Shown here: positions 21,055 through 31,497 of the stretch, in pieces
Layout: each line of letters begins with the position of its first letter
Position numbering within the stretch: the stretch's first letter is position 1
Source of the DNA: an uncultured Clostridia bacterium
Lineage (GTDB): Bacteria; Bacillota; Clostridia; Christensenellales; UBA1242
Assembly (NCBI GenBank): GCA_947366895.1
Contig: CANBBP010000001.1
Span: forward strand, 200,365-264,364
Reading direction: 5' to 3'
DNA: 64,000 nt
Position numbers and translations under genes: made by a program
The notes under the pieces: model-generated
Told to the model about the DNA's origin: nothing
Seen by the model: the letters and a program-made list of their open reading frames with translations, nothing else
Databases searched by the model: none

Positions 21055-21396
21055 TTAACCTAAAATGTAGTCAACCCCATTTGTCATTATGTCGTTTATT
21101 TTATTATTTCCTAAACTATAAACAACTACCTTTCCCATTCTTCTATCAGTTACAGCATTAAAGTTTTTAAGAAGCCTTAATTGATGACTTAAAGTTGTTT
21201 GGTTAATATTCAAATATTTTGACAAATCATTAACACACATTTCACTTAAAGCTAAAGCAGATAATATTTTAAGTCTAGTAAAATCAGCAAAAATACTAAA
21301 AGTATCTGCAAGTTGTCGCAAAGTTTCTGCTTCTGGCATATAATACTGCATATTTGATAAGGTGTTATTATCAATATTTACATAATGTGAACTCAT
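21055..21396 (-). CDS. ArsR/SmtB-family metalloregulator-like transcriptional repressor
   Basis: FADFTRLKILSALALSEMCVNDLSKYLNINQTTLSHQLRLLK is the ArsR winged-HTH signature. It has a single Cys at the alpha-3 site. Confidence 0.85.
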   Translation of the reverse strand: MSSHYVNIDNNTLSNMQYYMPEAETLRQLADTFSIFADFTRLKILSALALSEMCVNDLSKYLNINQTTLSHQLRLLKNFNAVTDRRMGKVVVYSLGNNKINDIMTNGVDYILG

Positions 21397-21534
21397 TTGT
21401 TTCCCCCTTTTTAATATTAAAATCTATTTATTAATAGTTTAAATTAAAAAGATGAAATTACAAAACATATGAATTTACGAATTTTTGATAAAAAGATTAC
21501 AAAAAAATTAATTTTGGAAAATTAAGGAGGTTTT

Positions 21535-21708
21535 ATGAATAACACTTTATATATCTTGATAGTTTTGTTCCTATCAATTTTTGCTTCTGCTACCGATACA
21601 AATCTTAACACAAATACTAACTTTTTACTTTTGTTATTGCTAGCATTAGGCGGAACAAATTCAAACCATTCATGTTGTCACAATAATTGTCCAAACATGA
21701 TATTTTAG
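21535..21708 (+). CDS. small (57 aa) hydrophobic peptide with a Cys/His-rich C-terminus; unannotated in the ORF track
   Basis: AAGGAGG lies 5 nt upstream of the ATG. Read by hand as MNNTLYILIVLFLSIFASATDTNLNTNTNFLLLLLLALGGTNSNHSCCHNNCPNMIF, ending at TAG 21706-21708. A hairpin terminator follows. It is divergent from the ArsR gene across 138 nt. Confidence 0.55.
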   Translation: MNNTLYILIVLFLSIFASATDTNLNTNTNFLLLLLLALGGTNSNHSCCHNNCPNMIF

Positions 21709-21756
21709 ATAAAAAAAATAAAACACTTTTTTGATAAAATTAATTTATTATAATAA

Positions 21757-21788
21757 AAAGACCTTTTAGCAGTTTCTAAGAGGTCTTT
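21757..21788. terminator. bidirectional terminator between the 57-aa ORF and trpS
   Basis: 12-bp stem AAAGACCTTTTA/TAAGAGGTCTTT (one G-U pair) with an 8-nt loop. A/T runs on both sides. Confidence 0.65.
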
Positions 21789-21825
21789 TAAAATAATATT
21801 TCTAATTATAAATTATATATTAGCT

Positions 21826-22824
21826 TTATTTAGATAGTGGGGTTACTAGTCCTATTTTTTTATAAACTTTTTCAAGAGTTTCTTTTGCAATTTTAGAAGC
21901 CCTTTCTGCTCCCTTTTGCATTAATTCATCTAGATAAGAACGGTTGTTTTTTAATTCCTGCATTTTGTCCCTTATAGGTCCTATAACATCAATAACAGCT
22001 TGTGCTGTTTTAACTTTAAGGTCACCATACCCACAGCCTTCAAAATCCTTTTCCGCTTGTTCTATAGTAACTTTTTTCATGGCAGAATATATAGTAAGTA
22101 AATTTGATACTCCAGGTTGTTCATCACAAAATTTAATTCTATTTAAACTATCTGTTACTGCTCTTTTAAATTTACGCATAATTGTATCATTATCATCATC
22201 TAAATAAATTACATCATTATCATTGTCACCTGACTTAGCCATTTTTTTTGTAGGATTTAATAATCCATAAATTTTGGCTCCTGTTTTTGAAATAACACCT
22301 TTAGGTAAAACAAAAGTTTCTCCATATTTTGAATTAAATCGGCTTGCAATATCACGACAAATTTCAACATGTTGCATTTGATCCACACCTACTGGAACAA
22401 CCTTTGTATTGTATAATAAAATATCTGCCGACATAAGCATAGGATAGGCAAATAGACCTACTGATATATTTTTATTTTTAGCATTTGCATCTTTAAATTG
22501 AGTCATTCTACTTGCTTCACCAAAATAGGTATTACAATTCATTATCCAAGCAAGTTCACTATGTTCCTTTACATGAGACTGGCAATAAATAATACTTTTA
22601 TCAGGGTCAAGACCTGCAGCCAAAAAAGTTGCAAACTGACTATAAGTATTATCCGTTAATTCTTTACTATCAATATCAATAGTAAGTGAATGTAAATCAG
22701 CAATACCAAAAATACAATCATAGTTTTCTTGCATTTCTTGCCAGTTTTTAATTGCTCCTATATAATTGCCTAGTGTTAGTTTTCCAGTTGGCTTTGTAGC
22801 ACTATATAAAATTTCTTTTGACAT
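21826..22824 (-). CDS. trpS: tryptophan--tRNA ligase
   Basis: Class I signature PTGKLTLGNYIG (HIGH-like) and KMAKS (KMSKS). VPVGVDQMQHVE motif. 332 aa. Confidence 0.93.
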   Translation of the reverse strand: MSKEILYSATKPTGKLTLGNYIGAIKNWQEMQENYDCIFGIADLHSLTIDIDSKELTDNTYSQFATFLAAGLDPDKSIIYCQSHVKEHSELAWIMNCNTYFGEASRMTQFKDANAKNKNISVGLFAYPMLMSADILLYNTKVVPVGVDQMQHVEICRDIASRFNSKYGETFVLPKGVISKTGAKIYGLLNPTKKMAKSGDNDNDVIYLDDDNDTIMRKFKRAVTDSLNRIKFCDEQPGVSNLLTIYSAMKKVTIEQAEKDFEGCGYGDLKVKTAQAVIDVIGPIRDKMQELKNNRSYLDELMQKGAERASKIAKETLEKVYKKIGLVTPLSK

Positions 22825-22861
22825 TGTAATCTTCCTCCCTTAAAATATTATTTTTTAAAAT

Positions 22862-22897
22862 AAATTTGCTGTTGAGAATTCTCTCTACAGCAAATTT
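22862..22897 (-). terminator. terminator of the AI-2E transporter gene, overlapping the trpS promoter
   Basis: AAATTTGCTGT...ACAGCAAATTT 11-bp outer stem plus an inner GAG/CTC stem around an AATT loop. On the minus strand it is followed by ATTTTAAAAAA. Confidence 0.55.
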
Positions 22898-22925
22898 ATT
22901 ATACTACCTTTATTTATAAAATCAA
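22898..22925 (-). promoter_or_regulatory. candidate promoter for trpS
   Basis: Minus strand: TTGATT (22925-22920), 16 nt, TATAAT (22903-22898). The -10 box abuts the terminator hairpin, so initiation would fall inside its 5' arm. Confidence 0.4.
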
Positions 22926-22978
22926 AATGAAAATAAATATTATTTTTGCATAGTAGTTTTAAACATTTTTATTGTAAT

Positions 22979-24571
22979 TTATTTATCTTTATTGTCCTTT
23001 TTATCTTCATTAGACAATTTTTTAGCCACTTTTTTTGAAGTTTTTGTGCCAAAGGCATTTTTTTCTTTTACTAAATTATCCTCTTTTTGTTTTGTCTCTT
23101 TCTTATCTTGTGTTTCTTTTTCCAACTCATCTTTATTATTTAAATCTTTATTATCTTCAGTAATATTTTCTTTTTTACCCTCGTTATTTTCTTCCTTTTT
23201 ATTTGATAAATCCTCTTTATCTTTACTATCAGGTAATTTATTATTATTTACACTTTGAACTTCTCCTAAAGGCATAATGCCCAGTTGTTCTTTTTCATCT
23301 TGCATATTCTTCTCTCTTGCCTTATTAAGTTCCATTACATATTTCATATGATTTTCTTTTAATTCTATGTTACCTGAAATAACTACACTGATAAGAGCAA
23401 ATATAGGAGGTGCAAACAACATACCCACTATACCAAACATTGCTCCACCAATTATAATTGAACTTATAACAATTAACGCACTAACTTTTAATCTTGAACT
23501 AGTAATAATTGGAATAATAATATTAAATTCTATTGTCGTTATTATTACCGTTGCAATTAGCATATACAAAGTTAAATTTACTGAATTAAATATTAAGGTT
23601 ATAAGTGCTGCCACTGCTGCACCAATATAAATACCAAAGTAAGGAATAAAGTTAAACATACCTATTAATAAAGCAAGTTCCCAGGTAAACTCTAACCCTA
23701 AAATCATATAAATAATACCTAATGAAACAAATATAATTGCAAATTCAATAATTTTACAAATTACATAATTATATAAAATTTTACTAGCATTATTTGTAAT
23801 AACACATATTTCATCAGCTCTTTCTTTCTTAAAATGAGTATATGAATATCTTCTACAAAATCTTGAAATCTTTTCCTTATCTTTAAGTAATAATATAGCA
23901 ATTAGCATTCCTAATAGAACATTTAACAAACCTGATATAACATTAAGAGATAATGCAAATACATCATTAAGTTGACCTACAGTGGCCATAAAAGATTCAA
24001 ACACATTATTTAAAACATCTTTTATGCTTTCTTGAGATACTTCTGCACCAAACCATCTTTGAGCAATATTACAAATTTCATTTACAACATTATTATATAT
24101 TTGAGTTCCACCATCACCACTGCCTGCTGTTAATCTTTGAACAACTTCAATAACCTTAGGAATCAAAATAGATAATACTATAGTTAAAATCCCCACTATA
24201 ACTAAAAGGACAATAAAAATAGATATACTTCTTTTTATTGCAAATTTATAAGGACTATTTACAAATAAATTTTTTAATACTACTCTTTCAATAAAGTCTA
24301 CCAAACGATAAAATATAAAGGCTACAACCATACCTATTAATAGTGGTGTAATACCTGATAATAAACCGCTAATAATTTGTGAAAAATAAGGACTTAAAAC
24401 ATTACTAATAGCCATAGCAAAGAAAAAAGCCCAAAACATAGCAACAAAAAGTCCGAACGACCTTCCCCTAGGAACAAAGTTTTTTGAGCCATTTACATTA
24501 AAATCATATTTATCGTTTTTATCTAATTTCTCCATATAAAGTATTATATCTTTTTTATATTTTTTTAGCAA
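22979..24571 (-). CDS. AI-2E family (PerM/YtvI-like) transporter with a Lys/Glu/Asp-rich C-terminal tail
   Basis: Eight or so TM segments. The pattern GLEFTWELALLIGMFNFIPYFG is typical of AI-2E. The start is ambiguous: TTG at 24571, or ATG at 24535, which has a TATAAT 7 nt upstream and could be leaderless. The last ~115 aa are low complexity. Confidence 0.8.
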   Translation of the reverse strand: MLKKYKKDIILYMEKLDKNDKYDFNVNGSKNFVPRGRSFGLFVAMFWAFFFAMAISNVLSPYFSQIISGLLSGITPLLIGMVVAFIFYRLVDFIERVVLKNLFVNSPYKFAIKRSISIFIVLLVIVGILTIVLSILIPKVIEVVQRLTAGSGDGGTQIYNNVVNEICNIAQRWFGAEVSQESIKDVLNNVFESFMATVGQLNDVFALSLNVISGLLNVLLGMLIAILLLKDKEKISRFCRRYSYTHFKKERADEICVITNNASKILYNYVICKIIEFAIIFVSLGIIYMILGLEFTWELALLIGMFNFIPYFGIYIGAAVAALITLIFNSVNLTLYMLIATVIITTIEFNIIIPIITSSRLKVSALIVISSIIIGGAMFGIVGMLFAPPIFALISVVISGNIELKENHMKYVMELNKAREKNMQDEKEQLGIMPLGEVQSVNNNKLPDSKDKEDLSNKKEENNEGKKENITEDNKDLNNKDELEKETQDKKETKQKEDNLVKEKNAFGTKTSKKVAKKLSNEDKKDNKDK

Positions 24572-24593
24572 ACAAAACTAGATTAATAAATAA

Positions 24594-24623
24594 AAAAGAT
24601 GTAATATATTTATTACATCTTTT
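24594..24623 (-). terminator. terminator after tuf
   Basis: Perfect 12-bp stem AAAAGATGTAAT/ATTACATCTTTT with a 6-nt loop. T-rich tail on the minus strand. Confidence 0.7.
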
Positions 24624-24646
24624 AAAAGATTACTTATTTTTTTTAA

Positions 24647-25849
24647 TTATTCAATAATAGAAGCAACAACACCTGAGCCAACTGTTCTGCCACCTTCACG
24701 GATAGCAAATCTTAAACCTTGTTCAATAGCAATAGGAGTTATAAGAGAAATTGTCATGCTAACATTGTCGCCAGGCATAACCATTTCAACACCTTTAGCA
24801 AGTTCAATTGAACCTGTAACATCAGTTGTTCTGAAGTAGAATTGTGGACGATAACCATTAAAGAATGGAGTATGTCTTCCGCCTTCTTCTTTCTTTAATA
24901 CATAAACTTCAGCTGTAAATTTTGTATGTGGGTGAATTGAACCTGGTTTGCAAAGAACTTGACCTCTTTCAATATCTGTTCTTTGGATACCACGAAGAAG
25001 AACACCAATATTATCACCAGCTTGTGCTTCATCAAGAAGTTTTCTAAACATTTCAACACCAGTAACAACACTTTGTTTGTCTGAACCCATACCAACGATA
25101 GCAACGTTGTCGTTAAGTTTAACAACACCTCTTTCAACTCTACCAGTAGCAACTGTTCCACGACCTGTGATTGTGAATACATCTTCAACAGGCATTAAGA
25201 ATGGTTGATCGGTTGCTCTTGTAGGTTGTGGAATAAATGTATCAACAGCTTCAAGAAGTTCTTGAATACATTTGCATGCTGGATCTTCTGGTTTTCCTGC
25301 TTGTGCAGCTTCTAAAGCTTTTAATGCAGAACCTTTAATAATTGGGGTGTCATCTCCTGGGAAACCATATTCACTAAGAAGATCACGAATATCCATTTCA
25401 ACAAGTTCAAGTAATTCTGGATCATCAACTTGATCTACTTTGTTCATGAATACTACGATATAAGGAACACCAACTTGACGAGCAAGAAGAATATGTTCTC
25501 TTGTTTGAGGCATAGGACCATCAGTTGCAGCAACAACAAGGATAGCACCATCCATTTGTGCAGCACCTGTAATCATATTTTTAACATAATCTGCGTGTCC
25601 TGGGCAGTCTACGTGTGCATAGTGTCTTTTTTCAGTTTGATATTCAACGTGTGAAGTATTAATTGTAATACCTCTAGCTCTTTCTTCTGGAGCTTTGTCA
25701 ATATCCTCATATTTCATTTTTTCAGCATAACCTTTTGCAGCACTCCACATTGTGATAGCAGCTGTTAAAGTTGTTTTACCATGATCAACGTGTCCGATAG
25801 TACCGATGTTGATATGTGGCTTAGACCTGTCAAATTTTGCTTTTGCCAT
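24647..25849 (-). CDS. tuf: elongation factor Tu
   Basis: [17 protein letters not shown] and NKVD G-motifs. 400 aa. Near-universal sequence. Confidence 0.98.
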   Translation of the reverse strand: MAKAKFDRSKPHINIGTIGHVDHGKTTLTAAITMWSAAKGYAEKMKYEDIDKAPEERARGITINTSHVEYQTEKRHYAHVDCPGHADYVKNMITGAAQMDGAILVVAATDGPMPQTREHILLARQVGVPYIVVFMNKVDQVDDPELLELVEMDIRDLLSEYGFPGDDTPIIKGSALKALEAAQAGKPEDPACKCIQELLEAVDTFIPQPTRATDQPFLMPVEDVFTITGRGTVATGRVERGVVKLNDNVAIVGMGSDKQSVVTGVEMFRKLLDEAQAGDNIGVLLRGIQRTDIERGQVLCKPGSIHPHTKFTAEVYVLKKEEGGRHTPFFNGYRPQFYFRTTDVTGSIELAKGVEMVMPGDNVSMTISLITPIAIEQGLRFAIREGGRTVGSGVVASIIE

Positions 25850-25881
25850 AATATAAAAATCCTCCTAAAAATTACAAATAT

Positions 25882-25910
25882 ATATTATAAATTTTTGATA
25901 TAATTGTCAA
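25882..25910 (-). promoter_or_regulatory. candidate sigma-A promoter P1 for tuf
   Basis: Minus strand: TTGACA (25910-25905), 17 nt, TAATAT (25887-25882), about 30 nt upstream of the tuf RBS. Confidence 0.45.
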
Positions 25911-25914
25911 ACGC

Positions 25915-25943
25915 ATTTTACAATTTTTTTTTGTTAATGTCAA
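25915..25943 (-). promoter_or_regulatory. candidate sigma-A promoter P2 for tuf
   Basis: Minus strand: TTGACA (25943-25938), 17 nt, TAAAAT (25920-25915). It lies in tandem with P1. Confidence 0.45.
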
Positions 25944-26121
25944 ACAAAAATCATTAATTGTTAATTTGCTGTTTTACCTAATTAGTCTTGCCAATTGGCA
26001 AGTTTTAGTTTATTTTTAGTTAAAACTAACAATAAACTAAAGTATTTCTTATATAATAGAATTATTTACTATTATATAGAACTTTATATAATTATTAATA
26101 CAATAAATTAAATACTAATAA

Positions 26122-28203
26122 TTATTTATTTTTTTCTCTTTCACCAACAATTTTTTCAGCAATGCTCTTTGGAACTTCTGAATAATGAGAAAATTCCATA
26201 TTGAAAGAACCTCTGCCTTGTGTTGAAGAACGAAGTGCAGTAGCATAACCAAACATTTCAGCTAGTGGCACTTCTGCATTGATAATAACTGAGCCATTTC
26301 TTGATTCAGTACCTTGTAAAACACCACGGCGACTTGTTAAGTTACCCATAACAGTACCTAAATAATCATCAGGTAATTCAACTTGAACTTTCATGATAGG
26401 TTCAAGTAAAACCGGATTTGCTTTTTTAGCAGCTTCTTTAAATGCCATTGAACCTGCAATTTTGTAAGCCATTTCAGAAGAGTCAACATCATGGTATGAA
26501 CCATCAAAAACAGTTATTCTAAAATCAACTGTTTCATATCCTGCTACAACACCATTTTGTTTTGCTTCTTGGATACCTGCATCAATTGCTGGAATATATT
26601 CTTTTGGAATAACACCTCCAACAATTTGGTCTACGAATTCATAACCCTTTCCTGCTTCAAGTGGTTCAATCTTAATCCAGCAATGTCCGTATTGTCCATG
26701 GCCGCCAGTTTGGCGAATGTATTTTCCTTCAGCTTCTACAGTACCTTTAATAGTTTCTCTATAACTAACTTGTGGACGTCCTACATTAACATCAACTTTA
26801 AATTCTCTTTTTAATCTATCAACAATAATATCTAAGTGAAGTTCACCCATTCCAGCAATAATTGTTTGACCAGATTCTTTATCAGTCCATGTTTTAAAAG
26901 TTGGGTCTTCTTCTGCTAATTTAATTAAAGCATTAACCATTTTTTCTTGAGCTTGTTTTGTTGTAGGTTCTATAGCTATATTAATAACTGGTTCTGGGAA
27001 TTCCATACTTTCAAGTATGATAGCATGGTCAGGGTCGCAAAGAGTATTTCCTGTAGTAGTATCTTTAAGACCTACAATAGCAACAATATCACCTGCAAAT
27101 GCTTCTTCTACATCTTCTCTATGATTTGCATGCATGCGAAGTAGTCTTCCAATTCTTTCCTTACTATCCTTTGTAGAATTATAAACGTAAGAACCTGCTT
27201 TTAAAACACCTGAATATATTCTAAAGAAAGTGATTTTACCAACAAATGGGTCAGTTGCAACCTTAAAAGCAAGACCAGCAAGAGGTTCTTTATCATCAGC
27301 TTTTCTATCTTCTTCAGTTACTCCATCCATTTTTGTACCACGAATAGCTTCAATATCAGTTGGAGAAGGCATATAATCAACAACAGCATCTAATAATTTT
27401 TGAACACCTTTATTTTTGAAAGAACTTCCACAAACTACAGGAGTCATTGCAAGACCTAAAGTTGCTTTTCTTATACCTTTTTTAATTTCTTCAATGCTAA
27501 GTTCTTCACCAGCAAAGAATTTTTCAAGAAGTGCATCATCAGTTTCAGCAACAGCTTCAATTAATTGGTCATGATATTTTTGTGCATCTGCTTTCATATC
27601 CTCAGGGATATCAGTTTCTTCCATATCTTTACCCAAATCATCTTTATAAATTGTTGCCTTCATTTCAACTAAGTCAACAATACCCCTAAAACTAGCATCT
27701 TGACCAATTGGTAATTGAATAGGAACAGGATTTGCTTTTAATCTATCTCTCATCATTTGGATAGTTCTAAAAAAGTTTGCATCATCTCTATCCATTTTAT
27801 TAATATATGCAATTCTTGGAACTTTGTACTTATTGGCTTGACGCCAAACTGTTTCTGATTGAGGTTGTACACCACCTCTTGCACAAAATACTGCAACAGC
27901 TCCATCTAATACTTTCAAACTTCTTTCAACTTCAACAGTAAAGTCAACGTGTCCTGGAGTATCAATAATATTGATACAATGGTTTTTCCATGAAGCAGTA
28001 GTACAAGCACTGGTAATTGTAATACCTCTTTCTTGTTCTTGTTCCATCCAGTCCATTGTGGCAGAACCATCGTGAACTTCACCTATTTTGTGAGTTTTGC
28101 CAGTATAGAAAAGAATTCTTTCAGTAGTTGTTGTTTTACCAGCATCAATGTGAGCCATAATACCTATGTTTCTATATTTATCTAATGTAAAACTTCTTGG
28201 CAT
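26122..28203 (-). CDS. fusA: elongation factor G
   Basis: [20 protein letters not shown] and NKMD motifs. 693 aa. rpsG-fusA-tuf order. Confidence 0.98.
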   Translation of the reverse strand: MPRSFTLDKYRNIGIMAHIDAGKTTTTERILFYTGKTHKIGEVHDGSATMDWMEQEQERGITITSACTTASWKNHCINIIDTPGHVDFTVEVERSLKVLDGAVAVFCARGGVQPQSETVWRQANKYKVPRIAYINKMDRDDANFFRTIQMMRDRLKANPVPIQLPIGQDASFRGIVDLVEMKATIYKDDLGKDMEETDIPEDMKADAQKYHDQLIEAVAETDDALLEKFFAGEELSIEEIKKGIRKATLGLAMTPVVCGSSFKNKGVQKLLDAVVDYMPSPTDIEAIRGTKMDGVTEEDRKADDKEPLAGLAFKVATDPFVGKITFFRIYSGVLKAGSYVYNSTKDSKERIGRLLRMHANHREDVEEAFAGDIVAIVGLKDTTTGNTLCDPDHAIILESMEFPEPVINIAIEPTTKQAQEKMVNALIKLAEEDPTFKTWTDKESGQTIIAGMGELHLDIIVDRLKREFKVDVNVGRPQVSYRETIKGTVEAEGKYIRQTGGHGQYGHCWIKIEPLEAGKGYEFVDQIVGGVIPKEYIPAIDAGIQEAKQNGVVAGYETVDFRITVFDGSYHDVDSSEMAYKIAGSMAFKEAAKKANPVLLEPIMKVQVELPDDYLGTVMGNLTSRRGVLQGTESRNGSVIINAEVPLAEMFGYATALRSSTQGRGSFNMEFSHYSEVPKSIAEKIVGEREKNK

Positions 28204-28241
28204 AATTTCTCCTTTTTATTTTTATATTTATAAATTAAAAA

Positions 28242-28715
28242 TTACCACTTAAAATGGGCAAATGCTTTATTTGCTTCTGCCATTCTGTGCATTTCATCTT
28301 TTTTCTTAATTGCTCCACCAGCATTGTTGTAAGCATCTATAATTTCACCAGCAAGTTTTTTATCCATTTCTTTTTCAGAGCCACGTTTTCTTGCATAAGT
28401 AACTAACCATCTTATAGCTAATGTTTGACGGCGGTCTGGTCTTATTTCCATAGGTACTTGATATGTTGCACCACCTACTCTTCTTGACTTTGTTTCAAGC
28501 ACAGGTTTAATGTTTTCTAATGCTTGAGTAAAAATAGTCATTGGTTCTTCATTCATTTTTTCTTTTATAATATTAAATGCATCATAAACGATACCAAAAG
28601 CTATGCCTTTTTTACCATCTAACATAACTTGATTAACTAATTTTGTTACAACAGTTGAGTTATACATAGGGTCTGGCAATACTTCTCTTTTTGTTGCACG
28701 ATTTCTTCTAGACAT
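28242..28715 (-). CDS. rpsG: 30S ribosomal protein S7
   Basis: [16 protein letters not shown] start, 157 aa, str-operon position. Confidence 0.97.
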   Translation of the reverse strand: MSRRNRATKREVLPDPMYNSTVVTKLVNQVMLDGKKGIAFGIVYDAFNIIKEKMNEEPMTIFTQALENIKPVLETKSRRVGGATYQVPMEIRPDRRQTLAIRWLVTYARKRGSEKEMDKKLAGEIIDAYNNAGGAIKKKDEMHRMAEANKAFAHFKW

Positions 28716-28991
28716 AATTTCCTCCTTGACTAAAATTTTTATTTATTAATTTATTACCTTTATATATTTCTTAATAACTAATATAAAAATTCACTATTAA
28801 AATATAAAAATAAAAGTAATAACAAATTTATTATTAAGACAACTTTTTACTTTCCACAATTTATAAACAAATTGTAAATATAAATAATATATTAAAAATT
28901 TATTTTAATTACATAAAAAAAGAAAAGCAAAAAGAGTGCCAAAATTTTTCAATTATAAGATAATCTAAATATATTAAAAAATTCTAACTAA

Positions 28992-29363
28992 TTATTTTGC
29001 TTTTTTAGCACCATACTTAGAACGAGCTTGTTTTCTCTTTGCTACACCAGCAGCATCAAGAGTACCTCTAATAATATGGTATCTTACACCTGGTAAATCT
29101 TTAACTTTTCCACCACGAATTAAAACAACACTATGTTCTTGTAAATTATGACCTTCACCAGGAATATATGTTGTACCTTCTTGACCGTTTGATAATTTAA
29201 CCCTTGCAATTTTTCTTAAAGCAGAGTTAGGTTTTTTAGGTGAAGTTGTGGTAACTGAAAGACAAACACCTCTTTTTTGTGGATTTTGTTCCAAAATAGG
29301 TGCTTGAGATTTTCTTGTTTGTTGTGTTCTACCGTGCCTTACTAGTTGATTAATTGTAGGCAT
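28992..29363 (-). CDS. rpsL: 30S ribosomal protein S12
   Basis: MPTINQLVR start, [10 protein letters not shown] loop, 123 aa. AAGGAGGAAG RBS. Confidence 0.97.
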   Translation of the reverse strand: MPTINQLVRHGRTQQTRKSQAPILEQNPQKRGVCLSVTTTSPKKPNSALRKIARVKLSNGQEGTTYIPGEGHNLQEHSVVLIRGGKVKDLPGVRYHIIRGTLDAAGVAKRKQARSKYGAKKAK

Positions 29364-29934
29364 ATCTTCCTCCTTAAAATTAGGTTGATTAGTTAATTCT
29401 TAAAATTGCAACCGATAAAGAATTAACAAAAAGTTAATTTTTATTTATTTATATAAAAACTGGAATGTATTTTTATAAAAACAATAAAAACTGAACTTAT
29501 GGCAAGCAAAATGCTTGTGCTAGAATTTAATTTATTTTGCGTTCCAAACAAATAAATTTTAGTTATAAAGCAAAAAAATCCTTTAATTTTATTTAAAGAC
29601 AGCATTTAGCAATATAACAAAAATATTCTACCAAACCCAATATAAAAAGTCAATGATTATTTTTAATTTACCTTATAATTTTTAATAGATATATTTATTA
29701 AAAAAATATAAAACAAAATAAAATTTATCAAAATTTAAATATTAAAAAAAGTAAAATAAAAAAATAAAAATGAAAATAAATTTATTTTTGAGATATAATT
29801 AATAGGTATAAACACACCATATAAGAAATTTAGATTATTAAGTAAAATTATGGTAAATTCTTTTGAATTTTTTTTTAATTGTGGTAAAATTCATTTATTA
29901 AATATGTATTTATTTTAAGGAGATTCAACTAAAA

Positions 29935-31473
29935 ATGGCAAAAAAATCTAATTATGTTTTTCCGATAGAACGCAATACAGCCCTTGAAGTATTAAAGATA
30001 ATAAAAAACTTCTATTTACTTGAAGGAGCAAGTGGTGAAGAATTATTAGAAAAAAGAAAAGGTCTTTCTACAAAACTTTTATTAGGGGGGTTAGCAGAAG
30101 ATGTTTTCACACAAGAATTATTAAATGAAATTTATGCTAACATAAATAATGAAGAAGTTTTAATAAGTTTAATAAAAGATAAGTTTCAATCAGTAGACTA
30201 TGAGAGTGCATTATTTTTATTAAGATGGACAAAAGATAGTCAAAGCCCATACTACCCTCGTATGCAAGGCGACAAACCTGTTGAACAATTTAACGAAGAT
30301 TATGAATTTGCTAAAAATTTGCTTATAGCATATATCAATGACCATGGCTTAACATCAATTAAAAACCTACCTGGTAGAGTTATAAGAGTGCAAAAGGATT
30401 TAATTAAAGAAATGGCAAATGGATTTAGGTCAGTTGCTATAGATGAAGCAAGAAAAACATTAACCTCAAATCAAGAAGCACTTGTAGAACTTAGAGCATC
30501 TATTAAAGAACAAAAACAAAAAATAGCCGATTTAAAGGCAGCAAATCCTGATGCACAAACTCAAGAACTAGAATTAAAATTAAAAGAAGATAGACAATCT
30601 GCAATAGAAAAATATAAGGTAGTTAAAGGTCAAAGAAGAAGTTTAAGAGATACTCTTGAAGAAAGAGCAATTTTAAATAGAGACTTTTCTGAAGTTGTAG
30701 GTGGAAGAACTATTTCTAAAGCTCAATTTGATGCTGAACGAGAAGAACATGATGAAAAATTATCACTATTAAAAAAGGTATTGGATATTGTTAAAAAAGC
30801 TCCTAATACTTTTGCTGATATTACTCAAACAATGGCAACCGTTACACTTAATATTAAGGGCAAATTCAATGAAAAAGAAATTAAAGAACTTTTAGGTGAA
30901 GATACTGAAGATAATACTTATACATCCCCTACTCAAAATCAATATGTTCAAAATGATGAAATAGAAAATAATTTAGAAAACAATCAGGATTATACATCTA
31001 ATGGAAATTATATAAATGACAATAATGATACAAATCAAGAACAAATAAATAATAATTCTGATATTCAAGAAGCAAACACATCAAATGAAGTTACTAATGC
31101 TATTCAAACTGAAGCATTAGATAATACAACAACTACTAACAATATGGTTGACAATAATTCTGATAGTAACACCGACAACATAACAAGTACTACAACTACT
31201 GATACTTCAGATAATACTGGAGATAATGGACAAGAAATGTTTAATCAGATTTATAATGAAGCCTTAGAAGAAACCGAATCACAAGAACAACAAAATCAAG
31301 AAAATAACATACAAAATGAATATAATCAACAACAAAATTTTCAGCAAGTTGAACAACAACCTACTGAACAAATAAATCAAACTATTCAAAATAATATTCC
31401 AAATGCACAATATCAACAAACTATAGTTCCTAATGCTACATCTAATAATGATGATACAACAAATAATAACTAA
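29935..31473 (+). CDS. hypothetical coiled-coil protein with a ~190-aa Gln/Asn/Thr-rich tail
   Basis: ORF track, 512 aa. AAGGAG RBS. The central K/E heptad-like stretch (LVELRASIKEQKQKIADLKA...) suggests a coiled coil. The C-terminus is Q/N/T/D low complexity. No family recognised. Confidence 0.7.
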   Translation: MAKKSNYVFPIERNTALEVLKIIKNFYLLEGASGEELLEKRKGLSTKLLLGGLAEDVFTQELLNEIYANINNEEVLISLIKDKFQSVDYESALFLLRWTKDSQSPYYPRMQGDKPVEQFNEDYEFAKNLLIAYINDHGLTSIKNLPGRVIRVQKDLIKEMANGFRSVAIDEARKTLTSNQEALVELRASIKEQKQKIADLKAANPDAQTQELELKLKEDRQSAIEKYKVVKGQRRSLRDTLEERAILNRDFSEVVGGRTISKAQFDAEREEHDEKLSLLKKVLDIVKKAPNTFADITQTMATVTLNIKGKFNEKEIKELLGEDTEDNTYTSPTQNQYVQNDEIENNLENNQDYTSNGNYINDNNDTNQEQINNNSDIQEANTSNEVTNAIQTEALDNTTTTNNMVDNNSDSNTDNITSTTTTDTSDNTGDNGQEMFNQIYNEALEETESQEQQNQENNIQNEYNQQQNFQQVEQQPTEQINQTIQNNIPNAQYQQTIVPNATSNNDDTTNNN

Positions 31474-31497
31474 TTTAAAATAAGGAGAGATATAAAT

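Noticed and set aside
22825-22978. An expected T-box riboswitch upstream of trpS.
   Set aside because: The leader is only about 65-150 nt, far shorter than a T-box (about 200+ nt). I could not find a specifier loop or the conserved T-box sequence. The single hairpin is better explained as the upstream gene's terminator. A cmsearch would be decisive.
24895-25188. A same-strand, out-of-frame 97-aa ORF inside tuf, plus the many antisense ORFs in the track. These include 1992-2443, 4812-5249, 7596-8696, 11432-14820, 22992-23630, 26557-27144, 34281-37486, 38214-41080, 45271-50914, 58936-59220 and 60119-63901.
   Set aside because: All lie entirely within strongly supported longer genes, lack RBSs and have low-complexity or hydrophobic nonsense composition. 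That is typical of shadow ORFs opposite biased coding sequence.
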